This document shows, piece after piece, positions 1 through 11,311 of a stretch of DNA of 64,000 nucleotides. The stretch covers positions 7,256,001 to 7,320,000 of the forward strand of contig CM075993.1 in the NCBI GenBank assembly GCA_038087875.1, given 5' to 3'. The notes beneath the pieces are model-generated. The model searched no databases. It was given only the letters and a program-made list of their open reading frames with translations, and was not told where the DNA came from. Each line of letters begins with the position of its first letter. The stretch's first letter is position 1. A program made the position numbers and the translations under genes. Source of the stretch: Malacoraja senta (taxonomy: Eukaryota).

Positions 1-616
1 GCACGTTTTCAGTATTTTGACCATTGTGTATATATTTATAGAATGCCTTGTAGTAAATGCCTACTATGTTCTGTTGTGCTCAAGCAAAGCAAGAATTTCA
101 TTGTCCTACCAGGGACACATGACAATAAACTCACTTGACTTGACTTGACTTGACAGGGGTGGTCCTCTCCTCCTAAAGTCCATTATTAACTCAATTTATC
201 GATGGGATTTATGTTTATATGACACTCAACTTCTCCAGCCCAGCGTTAGACCGAGTATAACTGTGGTCTCATTGCGGCCGATAGCAACCGTCAGATGTGC
301 ATGTGGATAGGGATGAACTAGATGTTTTCACAGTCTCCAACTTGAGAAAAACAAGGTGCAATGAGCATTCGGTACAAATAGAATGAAAAATCACAAATAA
401 AAGGCCTAAGGTAGACAGAAATGCTGGAGAAACTCAGCGGGTGAGGCAGCATCTATGGAGCGAAGGAATAGGTGACATTTCGGGTGACCCGAAACGTCAC
501 CTATTCCTTCGCTCCATAGATGCTGCCTCACCCGCTGAGTTTCTCCAGCATTTTTTGTCTACCTTCGATTTTTCCAGCATCTGCAGTTCTTTCTTAAACA
601 AATAAAAGGCTTAGAT

Positions 617-841
617 CAGCGGTCCCCAACCTTGTTCGTCCCGTTTACCCCTGGCAACTTTAAATAGCACGCAACAATGCTATTTCACTTATTTATGAAC
701 AGCTAATGATGAACAGATACCACAACCAAACACAGTCAGTCAATGAGAACAAATGTACAAATCCAGAATCAACAAATTTACCCCCTGGGTCGGAGAAATT
801 TACCCCCTGGGGGTAAATATACCCCGGGTTGGGAACCCTTG
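617..841. mobile_element. hAT-like MITE
   Basis: Ends cagcggtccccaacc / ggttgggaacccttg; degenerate 8-bp TSD gcttagat / gccaagat. Confidence 0.6.
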
Positions 842-1749
842 GCCAAGATAGAGTGGATGTGGAGAAGATAGGCAGAAAAAGTTGGAGTAACTCAGCGGGA
901 CAGGCAGCATCTCTGGAGGAAATCGACAGGTGACTCTGGTCCCAACTCGAGACGCCGTCTCTCCATTCCCTAAGCCTGTAAGACATTGGAGCAGAATTAG
1001 GCCATTCGGCCCATCGAGTCTCCGCAGCCATTTGATCATGGCTGATCTATTTTCCCCTCTCACCCTCATTCTTCTCCCCGTAAGCTTTGACACCCTTACT
1101 AATCAAGAACCTGGCAATCGCCACTTAAAAAATACTCCCTGACTTGGCCTCCACAGCCATCTGTGGCAATGAATTCCACAGGTTCACCACCCTCTGGCGA
1201 AAGAAATTCCTCCATCTCCATTTTAAAGGTAGTGGCCGGTTGTAGACGACGATAGCATGGTTATGCAGTCTTCTTGCACAAAATCCCGTGCGTGGGAGAG
1301 ATTAAGGTGGAGAGGCTGTTGTACAGGACCAACCCCACCCTCTCAGCTGCAGGAGCTGGATTCCAGTGGCACAGTTAGACGTAATGGCTGGAAACCCCCT
1401 TGGTTGCAGTGGACGGCCATGACTTCTTTCACAAGGATCGAGGAGTACAGGTGCATGGTTCCTTGAAGGTCAAGTCACAGGTAGATAAGATGGTCATAAA
1501 GGCTTTTGGCACATCCCTCTCATCATCAGAATGGCCCCCACCATCGACTGCCTAAAGTCGAGGCTATTTCTACTTCCTAGCGTTTTTGAGGCCCTCTGAG
1601 GGGGCGCTGTGAACAGTTTATGTATGTATTGTTGGGTCTGTGTACCATTGTATGTAGTACATTAATACCTGCACTGATGTACAGCACTTTGGTCAACGTG
1701 AGTTGTTTTTAAATGTGCTATACAAATAAAATTGATTGATTGATTGAAT

Positions 1750-2345
1750 GGTTGAGTATAGAAGTTGGGAGGTCAAGTTGCAGTTGTATAAGACGTTGGT
1801 GAGACCGCATTTAGAATATTTTGTTCAGTTCTGGGCACCATGTTATAGGAAAGATATTGTCAAGCTTGAACTGGGTTCCGAGAAGATTTACGAGGATGTT
1901 GCCAGGACTAGAGGGTGTGAGCTATAGGGAGAGGTTGAGTAGGCTGGGTCTCTGTTCCATGGAGCGTAGGAGGATGAGGGGAGATCTTATAGAGGTGTAC
2001 AAAATCATGAGAGGAATAGATCGGGCAGATGCACCGAGTTTCTTTCCCAGAGTTGGGGAATTGAGGACCAGAGGACATAGGTTTAAGGTGAAGGGGAAAA
2101 GATTTAATAGGAATCTGAGTGGTAGCTTTTTCACACCAAGAGTGGTCGGTGTATGGAACGAGCTGCCAGAGAAGGTAAGTGAGGCAGGGACTATTGCAAC
2201 GTTTAAGAAACAGTTAGACAGGTACATGGATAGGACAGGTTTGGAGGGATATGGGCCAAACGTTGGCAGGTGGGACTTGTGTAGATGGGACATCTTGTCC
2301 GGAGTGGGCTGGTTGGGCCGAACGGCCTGTTTCCATGCTGTATCA
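1750..2345 (+). mobile_element. CR1 LINE 3' fragment
   Basis: [10 protein letters not shown]...RMRGDLIEVYKI...TRGH...RVVGVWNELP. Confidence 0.85.
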
Positions 2346-3135
2346 CACTACGTTCTGGTGATGGTGTGATGAGACTCCAGCTAACCCAAACATCCTCCTT
2401 TCCAGGTGGTTTAACTCGAAGCATTGGTGATTACTGATGTCTCTTGACTTCAGTTTCACCAGGGCTCCTTGGTAGTAGACTTGCGCAAATTCTGGCTTAA
2501 TCTAGAGAGTAGTCACTCTCCTCCCTCCACTAGAATGCAGCTCATTAGTGTGAATAGACAATAGACAATAGACAATAGGTGCAAGAGTAGGCCATTTGGC
2601 CCTTCGAGCCAGCACCGCCATTCAATGTGATCATGGCTGATCATCCCCAATTAATACCCCGTTCCTGCCTTCTCCCCATATCCCCTGACTCCGCTATTTT
2701 TAAGAGCCCTATCTAGCTCTCTCTTGAAAGCATCCAGAGAACTGGCCTCCACCGCCCTCTGAGGCAGAGAATTCCATTGTAGTACACCCCTGAGACTGAT
2801 TTATAGTGCAACCATTTTACCACTTGACTATGGAGATAGAGGGCTTCTTGGGCCTCTATGTGTGCAAACATGTTCTTCTCCTCTCCACAATAGCATCCAG
2901 AACGGTGCGGTGACTGCTTTATTTCACCCTCTGCCATTACTTGTTCCAGTTGACCAAAACCGGTGGAATGATTTCCATTACCTGCTGCAGACAGTGAAAC
3001 AATTCAGTCACAATCTTCAATCACCTTGAACTATTTTCAAATGCTGCCAACAACTAATGAAATTGGATCGCATGGATATTTGTTAAGGGAATAGAGTATG
3101 GTTAGCATTGCCTGAATGATGAAATGAATATTGTG

Positions 3136-6100
3136 CATAGAAACATAGAAAATAGGTGCAGGAGTAGGCCATTCGGCCCTTCGAGCCTGCACCGCCATTC
3201 GATATGATCATGGCTGATCATTCAACTCAGTATCCTGTACCTGCCTTCTCTCCATACCCCTGATCCCTTTAGCTACAAGGGCCACATCTAACTCCCTCTT
3301 AAATATAGCCAATGAACTGGCCTCAACTACCTTCTGTGGCAGAGAATTCCAGAGATTCATCACTCTCTGTGTGAAAAATGTTTTCCTCATCTAAAAGATT
3401 TCCTCATCTAAAAGATTTCCCCCTTATCCTTAAACTGTGACCCCTTGTTCTGGACTTCCCCAACATCGGGAACAATCTTCCTGCATCTAGCCTGTCCAAC
3501 CCCTTAAGAATTTTGTACGTTTCTATACGATCCCCCCTCAATCTTCAAAATTCTAGCGAGTACAAACCGAGTCTATCCAGTCTTTCTTCATATGAAAGTC
3601 CTGCCATCCCAGGAATCAGTCTGGTGAACCTTCTCTGTACTCCCTCTATGGCAAGAATGTCTTTCCCCAGATTAGGAGACCAAAACTGTACGCAATACTC
3701 CAGGTGTGGTCTCACCAAGACCCTGTACAACTGCAGTAGAACCTCCCTGCTCCTATACTCAAATCCTTTTGCTATGAATGCTAACATACCATTCGCCTTC
3801 TTCACTGCCTGCTGCACCTGCATGCCTACTTTTAATGACTGGTGTACCATGACACCCAGGTCTCGTTGCATCTCCCCTTTTCCTAATCGGCCACCATTCA
3901 GATAATAGTCTACTTTCCTGTTTTTGCCACCAAAGTGGGTAACCTCACATTTATCCAGATTATACTGCATCTGCCATGCATTTGCCCACTCACCCAGCCT
4001 ATCCAAGTCACCTTGCAGCCTCCGAGCATCCTCCTCACAGCTAATACTGCCCCCCAGCTTCGTGTCATCCGCAAACTTGGAGATGTTGCATTCAATTCCC
4101 TCGTCCAAATCATTAATATATATCATAAATAGCTGGGGTCCCAGCACTGAGCCTTGCGGTACCCCACTAGTCACTGCCTGCCATTGTGAAAAGGACCCGT
4201 TTACTCCTACTCTTTGCTTCCTGTCTGCCAGCCAGTTCTCTATCCACATCAATACTGAACCCCCAATACCTTGTGCTTTAAGTTTGTATACTAATCTCTT
4301 ATGTGGGACCTTGTCGAAATCCTTCTGAAAGTCCAGATATAACACATCCACTGGTTCTCCCTTATCCACTCTACTAGTTACATCCTCGAAAAATTCTATA
4401 AGATTCGTCAGACATGATTTACCTTTCATAAATCCATGCTGACTTTGTCCAATGATTTCACCACTTTCCAAATGTGCTGCTATCCCATCTTTAATAACTG
4501 ATTCTAGCAGTTTCCCCACTACCGATGTTAGACTAACTGGTCTGTAATTCCCCATTTTCTCTCTCCCTCCCTTTTTAAAAAGTGGGGTTACGTTTGCTAC
4601 CCTCCAATCCTCAGGAACTACTCCAGAATCTAAAGAGTTTTGAAAAATATCACTAATGCATCCACTATTTCTGGGGCTACTTCCTTAAGTACTCTGGGAT
4701 GCAGCCTATCTGGCCCTGGGAATTTATCGGCCTTTAATCCATTCAATTTACCTAACACCACTTCCCGGCTAACCTGGATTTCACTCAGTTCCTCCATCTC
4801 ATTTAACCCCCGGTCCCCTGCTATTTCCGGCAGATTATTTATGTCTTCCTTAGTGAAGACAGAACCAAAGTAGTTATTCAATCCGTCTGCCATGTCCTTG
4901 TTCCCCATGATCAATTCACCTGTTTCTGACTGCAAGGGACCTACATTTGTTTTAACTAATCTTTTTCTCTTCACATATCTATAAAAGCTTTTGCAGTCAG
5001 TTTTTATGTTCCCGTCCAGTTTACTTTCATAATCTATTTTCCCTTTCCTAATTAAGCCCTTTGTCCTCCTCTGCTGGACTCTGAATTTCTCCCAGTCCTC
5101 TGGTAGGCTGCTTTTTCTGGCTAATTTGTACGCTTCATCTTTTGTTTTGATACTATCCCTGATTTCCCTTGTTATCCATGGATGCACTACCTTCCCTGAT
5201 TTATTTTTTTGCCAAACTGGGATGAACAATTGTTGTAGTTCATCCATGCAGTCTTTAAATGCTTTCCATTGCATATCTACCGTCAACCCATTAAGAATCA
5301 ATTGCCAGTCTATCTTGGCCAATTCACTTCTCATACCCTCAAAGTTACCTTTCTTTAAGTTCAGGACCCTTGTTTCTGAATTAACAATGTCACTCTCCAT
5401 CCTAATGAAGAAGTCAACCATATTATGGTCACTCTTGCCCAAGGGGCCACGCACAACAAGACTGCTAACTAACCCTTCCTCATTACTCAATACCCAATCT
5501 AGAATAGCCTGCTCTCTCGTTGGTTCCTCTACATGTTGGTTTAGAAAACTATCCCGCATACATTCCAAGAAATCCTCTTCCTCAGCACCCCTGCCAATTT
5601 GATTCACCCAATCTATACGTAGATTGAAGTCACCCAATAACTGTTTTACCTTTGTTGCACGCATTTCTAATTTCCTGTTTGATGCCATCCCCAACTCCAC
5701 TACTACTGTTAGGTGGCCTGTACACAACTCCCACTAGCGTTTTCTGCCCCTTAGTGTTTCGCAGCTCTACCCATATCGATTCCACATCCTCCAAGCTAAT
5801 GTCCTTCCTTTCTATTGCGTTAATCTGCTCTCTAACCAGCAACGATACCCCACCTCCTTTCCCTTTCTGTCTATCCCTCCTGAATATTGAATATCCCTGG
5901 ATGTTCAGCTCCCAGCCTTGGTTACCCTGGAGCCATGTCTCCGTGATCCCAACTATATCATAGTCATTAATAGCTATCAGCACATTCAACTCATCCACCT
6001 TATTACAAATGCTCCTTGCATTGAGACACAAAGCCTTCAGGCTTGTTTTTACAACACTCTTACCCCTTATACAATTATGTTGAAAAGTGGCCCTTTTTGA

Positions 6101-7090
6101 TTTTTGCCCTGGATTTGTCTGCCTGCCACTTTTACTTTTCACCTTGCTACCTATTGCTTCTACCCTCATTTTACACCCCGCTCACACATTTAAGAAACCC
6201 TTTCCCTTTAACTCCATCCTCAACTATCCCATTCGACACCCCACCCCCCTTATTCAGTTTAAAACCACCCGTGTAGCAGTGGCAAACCTGCCTGCCAGAA
6301 TGCTGGTCCCCCACCTGTTAAGATGCAATCCGTCCCTTTTGTACAGTTCCCTTTTACTCCAAAACAGATCCCAGTGATCTAAAATCTAAATCCCTGCCCC
6401 GTGCACCAGTTCCTCAGCCACACATTCAGGTCCCGTATCTCCCTGTTCCTGCTCTCGCCAGCACGAGGAACTGGAAGCAAACCGGAGATAACAACCCTGG
6501 AGGTCCTGCTTTTCAGCATTTTTCCGAGCTCTCTAAAGTCACGCTGCAGAATATTCATCCCCTTCTTTCCGACATCGTTTGTGCCGACATGCACTACCAC
6601 TTCCGGCTGTTCACCTTCGCCCTTGAGGATTTTCTGCACTCTGTCTGTGACATCCTGGATCCTGGCACCAGGAAGGCAGCACACCATCCTCGAATCCCGT
6701 CTGTTGCCGCAGAAACCCCTGTCCGTACCTCTCACAATGGAGTCTCCCACTACAATGGCGTTGCCTGACTTTGGCCTTTTTGGTTTTGGCTCAACAGCCC
6801 TATTCGCATCGCAAGCCAGTCTGCCGCTCAGTGTTAAACGTCTTCTGTCCCAACAGCTTCTAAGTGGGCGAACCTGTTCACAAGAGGTACAACACCCGGG
6901 GACGTTTGTATTCCATGCTTCCCTCCCTTTCTCACTGTCTCCCACCTTCTCACTTCCAGTACCTTAGGTGTAACAATCTTACTGTAGGACTTGTCGAGGA
7001 ACGACTCCGTTTCTCGGACAAACCTGAGGTCATCCACTTGCTTCTCCAGTTCCCCAACACGGTCCTTCAGGAGCTGTACCTGGAAGCAAG
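3136..7090 (-). mobile_element. CR1-clade LINE, near full length, 5'-truncated within ORF1, with frameshifts
   Basis: ORF1: coiled coil plus SGNH esterase (VVGDSIVR...LPGARIQDV...VHVGTNDV, 6379-6945). ORF2: APE endonuclease (CLNARSI, GITETW, GDFN, SDH; 4630-6100) and RT (NYRPVSL, GVPQGSVLGP, KFADD; 3545-4555). The tail repeat (ttctatgt)n is at about 3136-3150. The 5' limit is approximate. Confidence 0.93.
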
Positions 7091-8199
7091 CGATAAGGCC
7101 TGGATAAGGCCCAATATGGAGTGATAACGCCTGGACAGTGCTCTTTTGTCCGTTTAATTCATATCTAAATCATTTAGTTTCGTTTAGTTTAGTTTTGAGA
7201 TACAGCGCGGAAACAGGCCCTTCGGCCCAACGAGTCCGTACCGACCACACTAACACTATCCTACACACACTGGGGACAATTTACACTTACACCAAGCCAA
7301 TTAACCTACAAACCTGTACGTCTTTGGAATGTGGGAGGAAACCGAAGATCTCGGAGAAAATCCACGCGGTCACGGGGACGACGTACAAACTCCGTACAGA
7401 CAGCACCCGCAGTCAGGATCGAACCCGGGTCTCTGGCGCTGCAAGGCAGCAACCCCACCGCTACACCATCGTGTCGCCTCATATCTATCATAGATTTGCT
7501 ATCAAATCTGAATTTGAATCAGATGATGGGTCATACAGCATAGAAGCAGGCCCTTCGGCCCAACTCGTCCCTGCTGACCAAGATGCCCCATCCAAGCTAC
7601 TCCCAATTACCCGCCCCTGGTCCACGCCCCCCCCCCCCCCCTTCACTAAAAGACACCAGATTATCAGAAGATACACACAAACTGCTGGAGTAACAGCGGG
7701 ACAGGCAGCATCTGCCATCTGCGGGGAGAAAGAATGGATAACATTTCCGTTCAAGACCCTTCTGCAGACTGAGAGTCAGGGGAGAGGGATATGGAAGAGT
7801 AAGGTGTGAAAACGACAGATCAAAGCAGACGATGATCAAGGAAATATAGAATGGTTCATTGTTTGGCTGAGGGAGGGGCAACAATGAGGCAAAGAATCAG
7901 TAAAATGAATCAGGAGGACAGTGGAACTAGTCAGGAGAACTAGGATGTAGACAAAATTGCTGGAGAAACTCAGCGGGTACGGCAGCATCTATGGAGCGAA
8001 GGAAATAGGCAACGTTTTGGCCCAAAACGTTGCCTATTTCCTTCGCTCCATAGATGCTGCCGTACCCGCTGAGTTTCTCCAGCAGTTTTGTCTACCTTCG
8101 ATTTTCCAGCATCTGCAGTTCCTTCTTGAACAGGAGAACTAGGATGAGGGGAAGGACGGAGAGAGAGGGAAAGCAATGGTTACTTGAAGTTAGAGAAAT

Positions 8200-10600
8200 A
8201 CAGCCCTCCGCTCACTCTGCAGCAACCCTGACACTAATAATCAAACCCGCGGACCAGGGAGGTGCCGTGGTAGTCTGGCGCGCTGACCTCCAGGCGACAA
8301 CTCTCAGACACCTCCTCCTACTTATCCTTGGACCAGGATCCCACAGACGAGCACCAGGCCTTAATCTCAAACACCATTGTTCACCCGACGCCGGAGTTCC
8401 ATCTTCCCGGCAAGAGGGCCTGAAAACATCGGTCTGGCTGCGGAGGCCACAAATAGGCCCCGACCTCGGGTGAACACAGAAGGAGAGGACTGAACTTTCT
8501 GATGCCTTTCCCCACAGTGGAACATTTTGATTCTGTTGTGGGGGGACGTTCATGTTGAATTCTATAATGTGTCGTGTCATTTTTCTTTATTTTAATTTTT
8601 TCTATGGATGTACGGAAACGTCATTATTTCTTCTATGTAAAGCACTTTGGTTTCAACGCGAGTTGATTTAAACGTGCTATATAAATAGAATTTACTTACT
8701 TACCATTACTGAATTCATCACTTCCGGCTGTCTGTCTTCCACCGCCTCCAACCTCATCGTTTCCCAGCCCCGCACGGCCCGGTTTTACATCCTCGCCACA
8801 ATCCACAAACACAACTGCCCTGGCAGACCCATTGTTTCTGCCTGCTCCTGTCCCATGGAAATGATTTCCACGTACCTCGACTCCATCCTATCCACCCGGT
8901 CCAATCTCTCCCGACCTATGTCCAAGATACCTCACATGCCCTCGTCTCTTTAATGACTTTCCGTGCCCCCACTCCCTCATCTTTACTATCGACGTTCAGT
9001 TACTCAACACCTCCATCCCTCACAGGAAGGCCTTAAAGCCCTCTGTCTCTTCCTCGACCGCAGAACCATCCAGTATCCCTCTACTAACAGTCTACTCTGC
9101 CTAGCAGAGCTGGTCCTCCCCTTAATAACTTCTCCATTGACTCCTCCCACTTCCTCCAAGTCCAAGGCGTGGCTATGGGCACCCGCATGGGCCCCAGCTA
9201 TGCCTGCCTCTTTGTCGGGTACGTTGAACAATCCCTGTTCCAGGCGTACACTGGCCCTATTCCATGAACTCTATCTCCATTGATGACTGCATTGGTGCTA
9301 CCTCCTGCACCCATGCAGAACTCATGGACTTCATCAACTTCATCACCAATTTTCATCCTGCACTCAAATTTACTTGGACATCTCCGACACCTTCCTCCCC
9401 TTTCTTGATCTCACAGTCTCCATTACAGGTAATAGACTATTGACTGACGTCTATACAAACCCACTGACTCCCACAACTATCTCGACTACACTTCTTCCCA
9501 CCCTGCTTCCTGCAAAGACTCTATCCCCTACTCCCAATTCCTCCGTCTACGCCACATCTGCGCCCAAGATGAGGTGTTCCATACTAGAACATCCGAGATG
9601 TCCTCATTCTTTAGGGAAGGGTGTTCATTCCCCTCTCACATCATAGATGAGGCCCTCACTCGTGTCTCCTCGGTACCCCGCAGCTCCGCCCTTACTCCCC
9701 CTCCCCCTAGTCACAACAGAGTCCCCCTAGTCCTTACCTTCCACCCCATCAGCCGTCACATACAACACATAATCCTCTAAAATTTCCACCACCTCCAACG
9801 GGATCCCACCACTAGCCACATTTTCCCATCTCCACCCCTTTCCGCCTTCCGCAGAGACCGTTCCCTCCGCAACTCCCTGGTTAGCTCATCCCTTCCCACC
9901 CAAACCACCCCCTCCCCAGGTACCTTCCCCTTCAACTGCAGAAGATGCGACACCTGTCGCTACACCTCCTCCCTCGACTCTGTCCAGGACACTGACAGTC
10001 CTTTCAGGTTAGGCAGAGGTTCACTTGCACCTCCTCCAACCTCATCCACTGTATCTGTTGTTCAAGATGTGGGCTCTTGTACATCGGCGAGACCAAACGC
10101 AGGCTGGAACACCTTCGCTCAGCCCGCGTGAACCCACCTGATCTCCCGGTTGCTGGACACTTTAATTCTCCTTCCCATTCCTACACAGACCTTTCTGTCC
10201 TCGGTCTCCTCCATTGTCTGAGTGAGGCTAAACGCAAATTGGAGGAACAGCATCTCATATTTCGCTTGGGCAGCTTACAGCCCAGTGGTATGAATATTGA
10301 TTTTTCTCACTTCAGGTAGCCCCGGCATTCCCTCTCTCTCTATCCCTCCCCCACCCAAGTCGCACTAGCTTCTCATTTTCACCCTACAAACAGCTTACAA
10401 CGGCCTGTTTCCTTTATCATCGTTACTTTTTTGAATATCTTTAATTCATTGTTCTTTATCTCTCCACATCACCGTCTATATCTCTTGCTTCCCTTACCCC
10501 TAACCAGTCTGAAGAAGGGTCTCGACCCGAAACGTCACCCATTCCTTCTCTCCAGAGATGCTGCCTGTCCTGCCGAGTTACTCCAGCTTTTGTGTCTATC
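8200..10600 (+). mobile_element. Decayed Penelope-like retroelement (RT plus GIY-YIG endonuclease), 5'-truncated
   Basis: Fragments across frames: IIKPADQGGAVVVW, GRPIVSACSCP, GVAMGTRMGPSYACLFVG, LPFLDL, YIGETKRRL, PVAGHFN, EQHLIFRLGSLQPSGMN. The 3' end carries CTGAAGA..GAAAC. It is interrupted by a roughly 320-bp insert at about 8378-8701. An inverted PLE-type 3' end lies just upstream (about 7650-8198). Boundaries are approximate. Confidence 0.88.
10509..10536 (+). ncRNA. Minimal hammerhead-ribozyme-like core at the PLE 3' end
   Basis: CTGAAGA-A-GGGTC(TC)GACCC-GAAA-CG-TC: core boxes, a 5-bp stem II and a palindromic ACGT mini-helix III. Stem I pairing is weak. Confidence 0.6.
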
Positions 10601-10697
10601 TTCAATGTTCATACCACTGGGAAGATTGTTCCCGGTGTTGAGGAAGTCCAGAACAAGGGGTCACAGTTTAAGGATAAGGGGGAAATCTTTTAGGACC

Positions 10698-10947
10698 TGT
10701 AGATCAGTGCATGTTCCTTTAACTTAGTGACCTCACCACTACTAACCACTCCCCATTGTCTCTCGTATAATTGTAAGGTCACGCGGGCTGAGCGAAGGTG
10801 TTCCAGCCTGCGTTTGGTCACGCCGATGTACAAGAGCTCGGCTCTCTAGCTCCAGTGATGACCACGGACAGCTATTGCATGGTGTGTGTTAGTGATTATA
10901 ATAAACCATCAGTAAAAGACTCTGTGTAGGAACCAAGTCATTTTACA
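10698..10947 (+). repeat. 5' LTR of outer Gypsy
   Basis: Direct repeat of 18142-18345 apart from one replaced internal segment and a single substitution; TG...CA ends; contains aataaa. Confidence 0.95.
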
Positions 10948-11311
10948 TGGTGTCACAGCGGTAGACTCGCGTCTCCTGTTTATCGTTTTTTCTTTTTATT
11001 CTTTGCTTTCTCCCAGTTGTTCACGTCTCCCCCCCCGTTTTCATTATGTCCAACTCCTGTCGTCGACCCGACATTTTGGTCTTTGACACGGACATTGTCC
11101 ACCGCTGGACTGTGTTCCAGCGCGACTTTGAACATTACACAGCCATCGCTCATCCTGATGCCACCCCTGCTGTGCAGGCTCACCTGCTGCTCAACCTCGC
11201 TGGCCCGGAGGCCATGGATCACTATGCTTCATTCGACTTCGCCCCCGGAGAAGACCGTCGGGACCCGGTATGTCTCATGGCTAAATTCACTGCCCTCTGT
11301 GATATCCCTAC

